Assembly: GCA_036172245.1 (NCBI GenBank) | Contig: JAYWIR010000043.1 | Location: forward strand, 806,001-870,000 | Source: Raillietiella orientalis | Taxonomy: Eukaryota | DNA: 64,000 nucleotides | Direction of reading: 5' to 3' | Shown: one piece after another, positions 37,381 to 47,400 of the stretch | Position numbering within the stretch: the stretch's first letter is position 1 | Layout: each line of letters opens with the position of its first letter | Translations under genes and position numbers: made by a program | Notes under the pieces: model-generated | What the model saw: the letters and a program-made list of their open reading frames with translations, nothing else | The model's database searches: none | What the model was told of the DNA's origin: nothing

Positions 37381-39589
37381 TGAGGGAGTGGTCCCAAGGA
37401 CGGGATGGCCTTAATTGTCATCTAGGAGGAGTTTTCGTTCTTTCCTGCCTAACAGTTCAGCGGTCTTCGGAGATCAGGGACACAGTGGGTCGAAAACAGC
37501 AATTCCTCCGACTCATCCACAGTACGGACAGGCAGCTTGGAACAACTGCTTCGGCGTCGGGACTCATTGGAACTCACGTTGAGAATACCGGGAAAAAGAA
37601 CGGCTGCACTCTTCCTCAGGTCAGGAGGAGGAGCAAGGAAGAAGTTGTGCCTTCTGGCTCGGGTCAGATGCCCACTCCGCCGTAGGCACCTACATTTACT
37701 CAGTGTTTCCCCCCTGGCAAAGGGGAACAGAGTGCACGGAATATCCTATACCCATTTCCGCGTTTCCGCAAACATTCCTTCAATGAATTGCCTGGGAAAC
37801 GGAGGCTCAAAATCGACGAAGGAAAGAGTGATTGGCGCGATCTGGCGTGTGCACGAAAAGGAACGTCGCCATCAACTTAGCCCAATAGCAGGAGTCGTTT
37901 TCATCCGTTGCACCTCACTCATTGCGGTCTCGTCCTGGAGATGCATTCCCTGAAAAAGCGAACGCGCAAAGGATGCGTCCCCTTCGCTCAGTGGCAGCTG
38001 CATCATCCTTCTGTTCCATCTTTCGCTTCGCATTCAGTTTCAGTCCAACATTGTAGCCAATCAGAGTCGATGATGGCACGACTGACACTGCGGAAGCCGC
38101 AAGGCTCGCAGCATCGTTGACGTGCAATCCACGGGAGGCACCCCTCCTGCTCGCATTCCAGGTTGCCGCTCGGGAATCTGCGACTAGGGGCTCTTAAGTT
38201 CAGATCCCCCTTTCAAAGCATTCCCGGAAGCGATCCGGCGGGGAAGCACCTTTCCTCTAAACTCAGGCAGTGCACTGCTCCGAGGAAAGCCGCGAGGAAA
38301 CGGCCCTCTCCACCGCCATCCCTGGGCAGGGTGATCTGAGAGACCGGAACCTCCCCACGGCGGCCTCCACAACAACGGCGACCCCTTCGGTGGCGAGGAG
38401 CAGGATTTTTCGTTTCCGCCGTCCGCGTGCTCAACGTGGTCGTCGCGGAGACGTGCCACGTGGACTGGCATTTCCACTCCAGTTCCACTTCTTTTCCCAA
38501 CTCTCTCTTGGGCTCTGCTCCCTTTCTAATTTCCGTAAGCAGCTGATTGATTGAGCAGCCGAATCCATGCCGCCCCCCCCTCGCATTTCTGTTCGGAGAG
38601 CCTCACGGTGCTCGCGGCCACGCGATCGATCGGGAAAAAAGCGTCTGCGGAGCGTCTCTCCGGAAGCGCCGCATGCGTTCCTCTGCGCCGTCCCGGGGAC
38701 CCCGGCCGCCCCAGCCCGACGCAGGAGGAAGGAAAAGAGGGCAGCCAAACTGTGACCTCGAACGATGCGGGGTAAAGGCGCGCACGCAAACACACGCAGA
38801 CACGCAGACACTTGCGATGGCGGCAGCATTCGACCGAGTGCTTCTTGGCATCTCCATCGCTGCAGCAGCGCTTCCCGAACGGTGGATTCAGATCTGTCGG
38901 GAAGTCGGTCAGCGGAGCTCTCCCGGTCATCCGCCGTTCAGAGAAAACGTGGGGAGAGCATCAGTTTCCGAAATGATGCGTTTAACTGGAGGGAGTCCGA
39001 AGCTGTCGCCCGCGACCCGATGCGAGAGCTTCGAGGCGCGCCGGGCCGTGCCCGCAAAAAAGGCCCGTCCTTCCCTCGCATGCTCGTCCTCTGCCTCTGC
39101 TCTGAATGCTGTTCGCAAATGATGTTATTTATCCCTCCTTCATCCCACGAGTGATAAATAAGAACAAGAGATAGGAAAAACTTTTCGGGCCATTTCCGGT
39201 TTACTGGAGCTTGGACCAAATGAAATGCCGATCACGGAGCCCGTTAATCATATCTCGTGTCTCCCGTACGGTCTCAGAAGCGGCGCAGTGGTCCCTGCCG
39301 GAGAGTGGCTGCAGACATCGCCCCGCTGCCGCCGGAACGGCTTCCAGCATCCGAAGGAGCAGCAGCATCTTGAGCGGCGGCTTCTAGCGACGGGCAGATT
39401 TCCCTTCCCCCCTTCTGGAGTGCCTCATAAGGCAAGACGGGAAGGGGAGGAGGAGGCGAGTGTGGTCATCTCGATGCGGCACACACCGTTTCTGGTTGTG
39501 CGTTACATTACGCGGAGATCCCATCTTCCATTCAGTCTCTTTTCGCAGACTCTTGGATCAAGCGGCTGCTGGTTTCTGGGTTTTTCTTT

Positions 39590-39590
39590 T

Positions 39591-39623
<33 letters not shown>

Positions 39624-39628
39624 TTTTT
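39590..39628. repeat. (CT)n microsatellite followed by poly-T
   Basis: Read directly from the sequence. Confidence 0.9.
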
Positions 39629-40084
39629 CCTTTACTTTCATTTTCACGAGCTCCCTAGAAAAGTTTCGCGTCCGAGTGCGAAGCTTTTTGTGTTCCAAGG
39701 GCACTTTCTCCGGTCAGCGCTGCAGCGACCAATCGGGCCGGCCGACGGGCCAGCCCGCGGAGGAGGCCGTTTGGTTGCGAGTTCCGACACCGGATGGCGG
39801 TAGTTCCGCCGGGCGCTCTTTGCCGCCGAGCGAACGGAAAGCAAACACGCGCCATTGGCTTTGAAACGCGATATTACTTCATTACCTGAATGCACCAAAG
39901 TGTTTCACTTTCGTTGTCTCTGCTCGAGACCCTGCCCCAATTTTATAATGGGAGCGTAATGATGAAGTTAGCAACGCCGAATTCATATTTTTCGAAGACT
40001 GCGATGATGGCGGAAGATAAGATAAGGCAGATGATTTTCCGAACGGCTATGAGGACACGGACCCAGCGATTGTTGCGTGCGTGG

Positions 40085-40112
40085 TGCTGCTGCTGCTGCT
40101 GCTGCTGCTGCT
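40085..40112. repeat. (TGC)n trinucleotide repeat, about 9 units
   Basis: Read directly. A similar tract lies at about 54880-54909. Confidence 0.9.
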
Positions 40113-41350
40113 CGCCGCCGGCCCATTTCTGTCCCCTACGTCGCCCGACGCAGCGACGCCTCTCGGTGAGCGTCCCGCCGGTCCGGCTGCCCTGCCCATC
40201 CACCCCCGGAGGGCCGTCCACGCTCTTCCGGAGCCACAGGAATGCGCCGCAGCCTTCTGCCCCTCGTGGGGGGCTTGGAAAGAACCGAGCCGAGCGCATG
40301 GCCGGGGAGGGGCCCAATGGCGGCAAGCGCATCCACAGTGGTCCCCGACCACCGAAGAGCGGCCACGGCCGCCGCAAGAGGGCACCGAAAGGCGCGTCTC
40401 CCGTGCGCCTGAGGGGTCCGCGCGGAGCTCGCTGGGAAGAGTCGGATTCGTCCCGCCGCTGCTGCTGTTACTGAGCGCCGGTGCCGCGGGGGAGGAGGGA
40501 AGGGGAAGAGGCAGGAAGCGGGTGGACGTGATCTGTGGCCGGGCGAGTCTCCACGGCCACTCTCCCGTGAAGCCGCCACAAAAAGCGCGGGCGCTTCCGT
40601 TCCCGACCAGAGGACCACGCGGACGGAACATGAAAAAAAATGAAAGAAAAAAAAAAAAAAAAAAGAAGGGATACGCCACGAGGACTCCCTGAGGTGTGCA
40701 TTCCCTGCCGCGGAAAAGAGCTCCATCCTGGAAGAGCCCTGGCGCGGGGTTGTCGCTCCGCACCCTGCTAGAGAAGGGGGCCAAGGGGAGGAGGGGGGGG
40801 GCTGTGACGCTCTTTGTTTCGGCCGTCAGCTCGTTCGTTCGGTTTTGCGTGCGTCTCTGTTTTTATCATTTTTTTATATTATTTTTTTAATAATTATTTT
40901 TCGGTTTCGCTGTTCCGCGAGCGTTGCCGCGCGCCGCAGCGAGGCTCCGCCACGTGTTCTACGCGTGCCGCGTGCGCGCCACCCTTCCGTGCCGAGGCGG
41001 CACACGAGCGGCTCTCTGCACGCACGTGCGTGCGTGGCCATGTGCGCGCGCGCGCACGTCGCAAGTGTGCGTGCAGCGAGCGAGCGAGCGTTTCCTCCTT
41101 TCCTTCCCAGGTTCCCGAAGGGGGGAGGGAAAGGATGCGAGGGGGGGAAATGAAGGAAAAAGGGGGGGAAAGGGGAGGGGAGGGGTGGGGGTGGGGGCGG
41201 GGGTGGGGGAGGAAAGGCTCATTCCCGGACATCTCCCGGCTACTCCCGGAGTGGGTAAGAAGGATTAGCCGGCGTGCACGTTGCGCTCGCTCCCTGCGGA
41301 ATGCGCGCGTGCGAGCGAGCGAGCGAGCGAGCGTGCGCACCGGAATGGAA

Positions 41351-41510
41351 GTAAACAATGCGGCGGCGCTTTCGACATTTCGTAGTACTCCATACAACAC
41401 GTCAATTAGTGTGGATGTCGTCGACGTTTGCTGCCACCTTGCGTCAAAGCAGAGCAGCTTTTCCGATTCATAAGACGGCAAGGTGGCCGGCGGAGAAAGT
41501 CAGTGCAATC
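41351..41510 (+). promoter_or_regulatory. Putative core and proximal promoter of the C/EBP (slbo-like) gene
   Basis: Arthropod Inr-like TCAGT at 41500-41504 (+1 about 41502), with TATA-like CATAAGA at 41469-41475 (about -33). CRE-like TTGCGTCA at 41439-41446 and CACGTCA at 41398-41404. Fox motif GTAAACA at 41351-41357. This is a relatively AT-richer patch inside GC-rich DNA. Confidence 0.55.
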
Positions 41511-41564
41511 CGACCGAGCCCGGAGCGTGGTAGTGCGTCTGTCTGTCTCTCCCTCGCAGCTGGC

Positions 41565-41618
41565 ATGCGTTATCGTCGCGGGTCCGAGTGCAAACTGCAG
41601 CTTCTGCTCCCTTGGTGA
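41565..41618 (+). promoter_or_regulatory. Upstream ORF ([17 protein letters not shown], 17 aa) in the predicted C/EBP 5' UTR
   Basis: It contains the only ATG between the predicted TSS and the main ATG, has G at -3, is out of frame with the main CDS, and stops 101 nt before ATG 41720. Confidence 0.6.
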
Positions 41619-41719
41619 TATCGTTCGACCGGCACGTGACATCCATCCCTTTTCCTTCCCCCCCCCCCCCGATCCCCCCTCCCTCCCCCCTCTGCCCGCC
41701 CGCCTTCCCGGCCGGACGC

Positions 41720-42559
41720 ATGGAGTCGCCCCAGATGTACGACCAGAACAGCAACGCCCTGGACATGAAGAAGGCGATCGGCGCCAACGGCCGCCTTCTG
41801 GGAGGAAAGTCCAGCTGCCTCTTCAGCGACGACAGCGCCGAGCTGACGGAGCTGAACGCCCCGGAGATCTCGCTGGACCTGCAGGGGCTCATGGACGAAT
41901 CTCACTTCTCCGAAGGCATATTCCGGGAGATCGCCCTCCTGGAAAACAAGCAGGGAGCGAAGGGGGACAGCTCCCCTCAGGGAACGCCCATCTCCCAGTC
42001 GGTCCCTTACCAGCGGAACCTCCCCTACCTGCCCCACCACGGACTCCCCGGAAGCTTCCCTGCGGAAGGGCAGCAGCAGCAGCCGCAGCAGCCGCAGCAG
42101 CAGATCGGGTCGGGGCTGAAGAAGGAGCCCTCGGACAGTTCCCCCGACTTCAGGCCGGGCATCCCCAACCCGTTCGTACCGAGGTCATACCCCGCCCCCG
42201 TTCATTTGAACGCAGGTTACACGCCCTACACGCCCATAGGACCCCCCAAGGCGGCGCGGGTGGTCTCCCCCAAGGGAGGTAGCGGAGGAGGAGGAGGAGG
42301 CGGGGGGGGCGGCGGGGGCGGCGGCGGCTCCAAGAAGTCGGTGGACAAGCACAGCGACGAGTACCGGCGCCGGCGGGAGCGGAACAACATCGCCGTGCGC
42401 AAGTCGCGCGAGAAGGCCAAGCTGCGCACGCGCGAGATCGAGGAGCGGGTGAAGTACCTTTCCCGCGAGAACGAGAAGCTGCAGAAGCGCGTGGAGGTGC
42501 TCACGAAGGAGGTGAACGTGCTGAGGTCCCTCCTGTCGAACGTGGGCGTCCTGCCCTGA
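41720..42559 (+). CDS. slbo: CCAAT/enhancer-binding protein, alpha/beta/delta-type (Slbo-like), 279 aa, intronless
   Basis: Begins MESPQMYD. Carries an activation-box-like [28 protein letters not shown], an LKKEP SUMO-type motif, Q-rich and poly-G linkers, and the b[71 protein letters not shown]. Codon third positions are strongly GC-biased. Confidence 0.96.
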   Translation: MESPQMYDQNSNALDMKKAIGANGRLLGGKSSCLFSDDSAELTELNAPEISLDLQGLMDESHFSEGIFREIALLENKQGAKGDSSPQGTPISQSVPYQRNLPYLPHHGLPGSFPAEGQQQQPQQPQQQIGSGLKKEPSDSSPDFRPGIPNPFVPRSYPAPVHLNAGYTPYTPIGPPKAARVVSPKGGSGGGGGGGGGGGGGGGSKKSVDKHSDEYRRRRERNNIAVRKSREKAKLRTREIEERVKYLSRENEKLQKRVEVLTKEVNVLRSLLSNVGVLP

Positions 42560-43544
42560 GGTGCCGCCGCACGGCGCTCCGCCGCCAGATCTCTCGCCGG
42601 CCCCGGCACGGCAGCAGCAGCCCTTTCCCAACCCCTTCTCTCACCCCGCCGCCCCCCTGCAACACCCCTCTCTCCCTCCCCCCCCCCCCCCCATCACCCT
42701 CTTTCGCTCTCTGTCCGGAGGGAGAGAGCAAGTCGGGACCGGCAAAACATTGAAAAAAAAACAAAAAAAAAAAAAAACCAACCAAGAACGTGAGCACGAG
42801 GACGAGGAGGACGAGGAGGAGAAGATGATGATGATGATGATGATGGTGGTGGTGATGGAAGGAAAAAAAAAAAACGGAAAAAAAAGGAAAAATTTCTGAA
42901 AGGAGGAAAAGAAGAAGAGGAGGAGGAGAAACGGGGCGCTCCTGCCGCGTGGCCAGCGGCTGCTCAGGGGATGACGCTGAGGAACGTCCGTCCATTTCCC
43001 CCTGGCGTCCCGGTCTGCCGTCGGCGCCGAAGGGGAGGAGGAGAAGGAGGAAGAGGGACAGCCGCCGACCACTGCCTCCTCGCAGAGCGCTCGAGGCGCC
43101 CCCGCGAACGAGGAGGAGGGCAAGGAGGGAGAAGTGCCTCGCGGGAACGGCGGGAGCCGTCGCCGTGGACACGGGAGAAGGAAGAGGAGGGGACGGTCCG
43201 GCGCCCCCGCGGTGCACGCCGCAGCAGAGGAGCAAAGAGGAGCGGAACTGCCACCACCACCACCACCACCCCCCCCTTTCCGCTCCCCCCCCCCCCACGC
43301 CTTCCTCCGCAGGAGTTCCTCTCCCCTCTCTCTCCCCCGAAGGACTGCCGGGAAGGACACACGGACCAGCTGCTGCCTGAGACTCTCTCGGCCGAATACC
43401 CACCCCGAGTGCGTCCCGCTCGCGCGCGAGCGCCGAAGGTGCACCTGCGCGTGCCTACCCCACCCACCCCCTTCCCTCCCTCCCTCCCTCCCTCCCCCCC
43501 TCCTCTACCCCACCCCGCCCCGCCCCCCTCCCCCTGTTTGTTTT

Positions 43545-43590
43545 TTAATTTATTTCTTCCACTTTTATTTATTTAACTATTTATTCATTT
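43545..43590 (+). promoter_or_regulatory. AU-rich element cluster in the probable C/EBP 3' UTR
   Basis: Four ATTTA pentamers (43548, 43567, 43571, 43579), including the nonamer TTATTTATT, isolated within C-rich sequence about 1 kb after the stop. Confidence 0.5.
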
Positions 43591-44280
43591 TTGTTGTTGT
43601 TGTTCCGCCGTCCTCCATCCGCCTGCCCCCTGCCCACGCCCTCGCACACCCGCGCGCGCCCTCCCCCTTCCCCCCGCCTCGACTGCGAGAGAGGTCATCC
43701 CTCGGGCGCGGAAGAGGACTTTTCAAGGGAGACTGGGACTGCACGCTCCAGCCCCACCCGCTCACCCTCATCTCCCCCCTTCCCCCCACCACCACCACTC
43801 TCCCGCTCCCCGGAGAGGGAAGGAGGAAAAGCTGGCGCGACCCTTACCTGACCCGAAGGAGCCCCCGTCCCGCCCTTCTGCGTCCCGCGGGGCTGGAATC
43901 CCCAGCCCCGCGGGGTGGTGAGCGAAAGGACCGCGGACACCCCCTCCCCCTCCCCCTACCCTGATGCTGCTGCTGCCGCTGCTGCGCGCGCGCGGGAGCG
44001 GCAGACCAGGAAGGGGAACTCTCGACTTGAGCGCAATCGCCCCATTCCACTCCCCTTTGGCGGAGAGGGGGAGCGCGCGGGGAGGCCAGGGGTCCCCTCC
44101 CAGCAGCCCCTCGTAGCGGCCGAGAGGCACGAAGAAAGGAATTGGGGAGGGAACCGACCTGCCCCTCCCCGCTCCCTCCCTCCCCCGAGGCGAGGAGCAG
44201 CTGTCCCCTTCCCCCCTACCCCCCTCGCGACGCTTCCCTTCCCACACGTGCCTTCTCTCCCCCCCCCCCTCCCTACCCTC

Positions 44281-44385
44281 TCGTGTATTTAAGATGTATA
44301 CGACTTTTGTGTACGACTTGTGTACGATTTCTCCGAGAAGAATGTGATAATACAAAGCACTTTAGTCTTGGAATGTCTTTCAGTG
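44281..44385 (+). promoter_or_regulatory. Candidate 3' end region of the C/EBP mRNA
   Basis: AT-rich island with three TGT(A/G)TACGA units, K-box TGTGATA (44343-44349), variant poly(A) signal AATACA (44349-44354) and GU-rich sequence downstream. Confidence 0.4.
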
Positions 44386-46599
44386 TGCGGATGCTGCGGT
44401 CTCTGGAGCCGCCCTGTGGGAAGCCCCCTCTGCCAGGGCCGAGCGTGAGCGAGCAAGCGGGAACGGGCAGGCGTGGGGCCACCCCCTTCCTGTAAGAGCG
44501 TCGGCACGCGCAGGGAACCACGGGAAGCACAGCTTCTCCCCTTCCTCCCTTCTGGCGGTGCGCGCGGGCGAGCTCTCTGCGGCCTCCCTTTGCCCCACCC
44601 ACCCCATCCCTCCCCCCCCCCCTCCGACCGCCGGAAGACTCCGCAGCCGGAAGTGGACACGAGGAGGAGACGAGAGGCGCAGGAGCTCCCGCCTGATCCC
44701 ACGAGGTGGCGCCCGGCGGCGGCGACGCTTTTCCTCGGCATCTCCAGGGCTCGCAGCCCGGGCGTCGCCGCAGGCGCTTCTCTTCTTCTTCCCGCGGTCC
44801 CCCGAAACGCGGAGAAGGGAACCTCCCCCTCCCCTACTCCCCGTCTTCTTGCTGGAAGGACGGGCTGGTGGTTGTCACTGTCGTCGTCGTCGCCGCCGCC
44901 TGCCCCCCAGCTGGGAAGAGCGTCCGGCAGCCGCGTGACCGCACGCCCCCGTAATCGGAGCGTCTCCCTCTCGCCTGCGGCAGCGCCGCGTGCGGTCCCC
45001 CGGAAGGAGCGGAGCGAAGGGAGAGGAGCGCGCACTCCATGCACCCTGCGCGCCCTTCCCTTCCCTTCTCCTCCGCAGTGCGCCCCAGCGGGGGCGGGGC
45101 GGATGGACGTCTCCGTCTGCGCCCAGGATTCGACTGCCCCGGCGCAGGCGGGAGGCGAAAGCACTGCCCCGGCGACGGCTGGATGCCAGGAGTGGGCGGG
45201 GGACCAAAGGAGGAGCTCGCGCCCGCCATGTAGCCTGCCCGTCGTCGGCTGGCAACCGAGGGGTGCCCTTTCCCTCCCCGTGGCCTGCACCTGCCGTCGC
45301 GGCGTGTCCTCAAGTTCCAGAAGCTCGCGCGCGACGGAGGAAGGGCCCGTTGTTCCCCCCTCCTCCCTTTCGATCCCTCGTTTCTCTCTCCGGGAGAAGG
45401 GAACGACCAGGAGAAACAAGACTGCCTGTCCGCTTCCCCCGCCGCAGCCTCCTTGGCAAGGACTCCCCCTCGCACTTGGGTAAGCGCGTAGGCGGGCGCG
45501 TCTCGCGTGGCAGTGGACTCACGCGAGGTGCGCCCCTGCCGTTCTCACCTTACCGCCCTTCCGGCGGGTCTGGCGGCCGCCTTTCCATCAGCGTTTCTAC
45601 GCCTCCTCTCTCGACTCCTCAGAGAGGTCCCTTCGGGAGCACCAGGGGAGTCCGGCAGCTGCTCTCTTCATCCTCTTGACTCGCGGAGGATTCCTCCTCT
45701 TCCATTGCCTCCCGGGTCAGAGGCTTAGCCCCCTCTAACCATCACCTACTCTCCAGGTCTCCCGCCTTACCACTCTTTTTTTCCCCCCTAGGCGACGGAC
45801 GGAAGAGTCAGATGAGGAGGACTCCGAGGGTGTGACAGCTCACACCAGAGACGGCACGGACGTGGAGCAGGATGGGGTGTGATCGCTGCTCCCCCAGAAA
45901 AAGGGGAGAGGAGGACCGTGGACTGCGCGCAGGGGCAGTCCACGGTTTCACGGGAGAGGGCGAAGTTCCCAACGCTGCTCGCAGGGACGGACCTGGAGAG
46001 AAGCGTTCGCCCCAGTCCCCGCGGAGGTCGTCTTCACCCCCCGCTCCTTCAACCTCTTCCGTTCCCTTCCCTCGCCAGCCGGGATCGCCTTCCTGGTCAG
46101 AGGGTGCGGAGTAGATGAGACGGACGCACGAGTGCAGGTGACAGACTCTTCCCTCCTCCTCTTCACTTCTTTCTCTCCCTCCGCATCTTTCCTTACCTTC
46201 TTCCTCTTCTTCGCTTCCACCTCTTCCTCCTCTTTTTGGATGGAGGAACGGCCTCTTACAGTGATGGTGGCGGGGCTCGGGGCAGAAGCTGGTCCTCCAG
46301 CCTGCTGGGAAAGAGGGAGGAGGAAGAAGCAAAGGAGATTTCAGAATCGTGGGGCCGCTCGGAGGGAAGCAGCTGGCAGCTCCCGAAGCCACCATTGAGC
46401 GGCCTCTCCCCAGTCGCTCCTCGCTCCCTTCGCTCGGTCCCTTCGCTTCCCAATAGCCCCTTCCTTCCCGTCTCCCTTGGCCCCCTACTCCCGGTTTCGC
46501 TCAGTCTCGTCGCCGAGGGTTCGATTCAAGGTCAGGTCATCCCGTTCGGAAGTCCGTGCAGACCGGAGTGCGTCTGTGCGAGGCACGGGAAAGGGAGCC

Positions 46600-47400
46600 C
46601 GGGAAGGAGGAGGAAGACATCCTCATTTCCGTCCTCGTCTCACCCTAACTAGGCCGTCCAGATCCTGGTGTGGTGCCACCCGGACCCTGCTCTCGGGTCC
46701 GCAGTTAGCTCCTGCACCCTCGAGGAAAAGGAAGGATGAGCTCCACGACGTTCCAGCGGCCTTCAACTTCTCCCCTGCGTTCTCACTGATCCCCTCCTCA
46801 TCCCTGAGTGGTGACGGGGAGAAGGACAGGTCACTGGCGCGGTGCTCAGCGGACCGGGAGCAAACGACCACGTCCTCCGTGCGCTTTCCTGGAGATGCAT
46901 CCGGAGCTCTGTACACAGCGTCCTTGCCCCTCCTCTTTACATTTCGTCTCCAGGCTTGCGAGGAGGAAGGAACAGGAAGAAGGGAATGCGTTCTCAACCT
47001 GCCGGACGCGGACTTGGGGTGGAAAAGGGGGGAGAAACCTTCCCCTGCTCCTTCCAACCTCTGCCTCCCCCATCAGGATTCTGCCGCCTGTCTCTTCCCC
47101 TTCCAATCCACACTCTCAGGAAGGAAGACTTCAACTGCACCCCTCGGAAAGGCCGAGGAGAAGCTGCAGAGAGCGAGTCCCCTGGAGCCACGATTAGGAA
47201 GAGGAAGAAGGCCCAAGCCCTGCGGTTCCTCCCCAAGGAAAACCGTTGGTCTTCTGTGGTTTCCTTTCAGCTCCCCGGGCGCATATGGGGGAGGAGGCGT
47301 AGGGAAGCGAGCCCACTGTCTGCGGCCCGCAGAAGGCGGTGATGGTCCTGCCCTGCTGTGCCCCAGGCGATGGCTCCGGACCCCCATCCGCAGTCATCGC
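46600..47400 (+). mobile_element. Possible very decayed LINE RT fragment
   Basis: GATRTLLSGPQL (GVPQGS.LSP.L-like), and PLGKAEEKLQRASPLEPRLGR...LLWFPFSSPGAYGGG resembling the post-RT thumb region. The match is weak. Confidence 0.25.

Noticed and set aside
38221..38229. STAT site TTCCCGGAA (Drosophila slbo is a JAK/STAT target)
   Set aside because: A single 9-mer with no clear cluster cannot be distinguished from chance.
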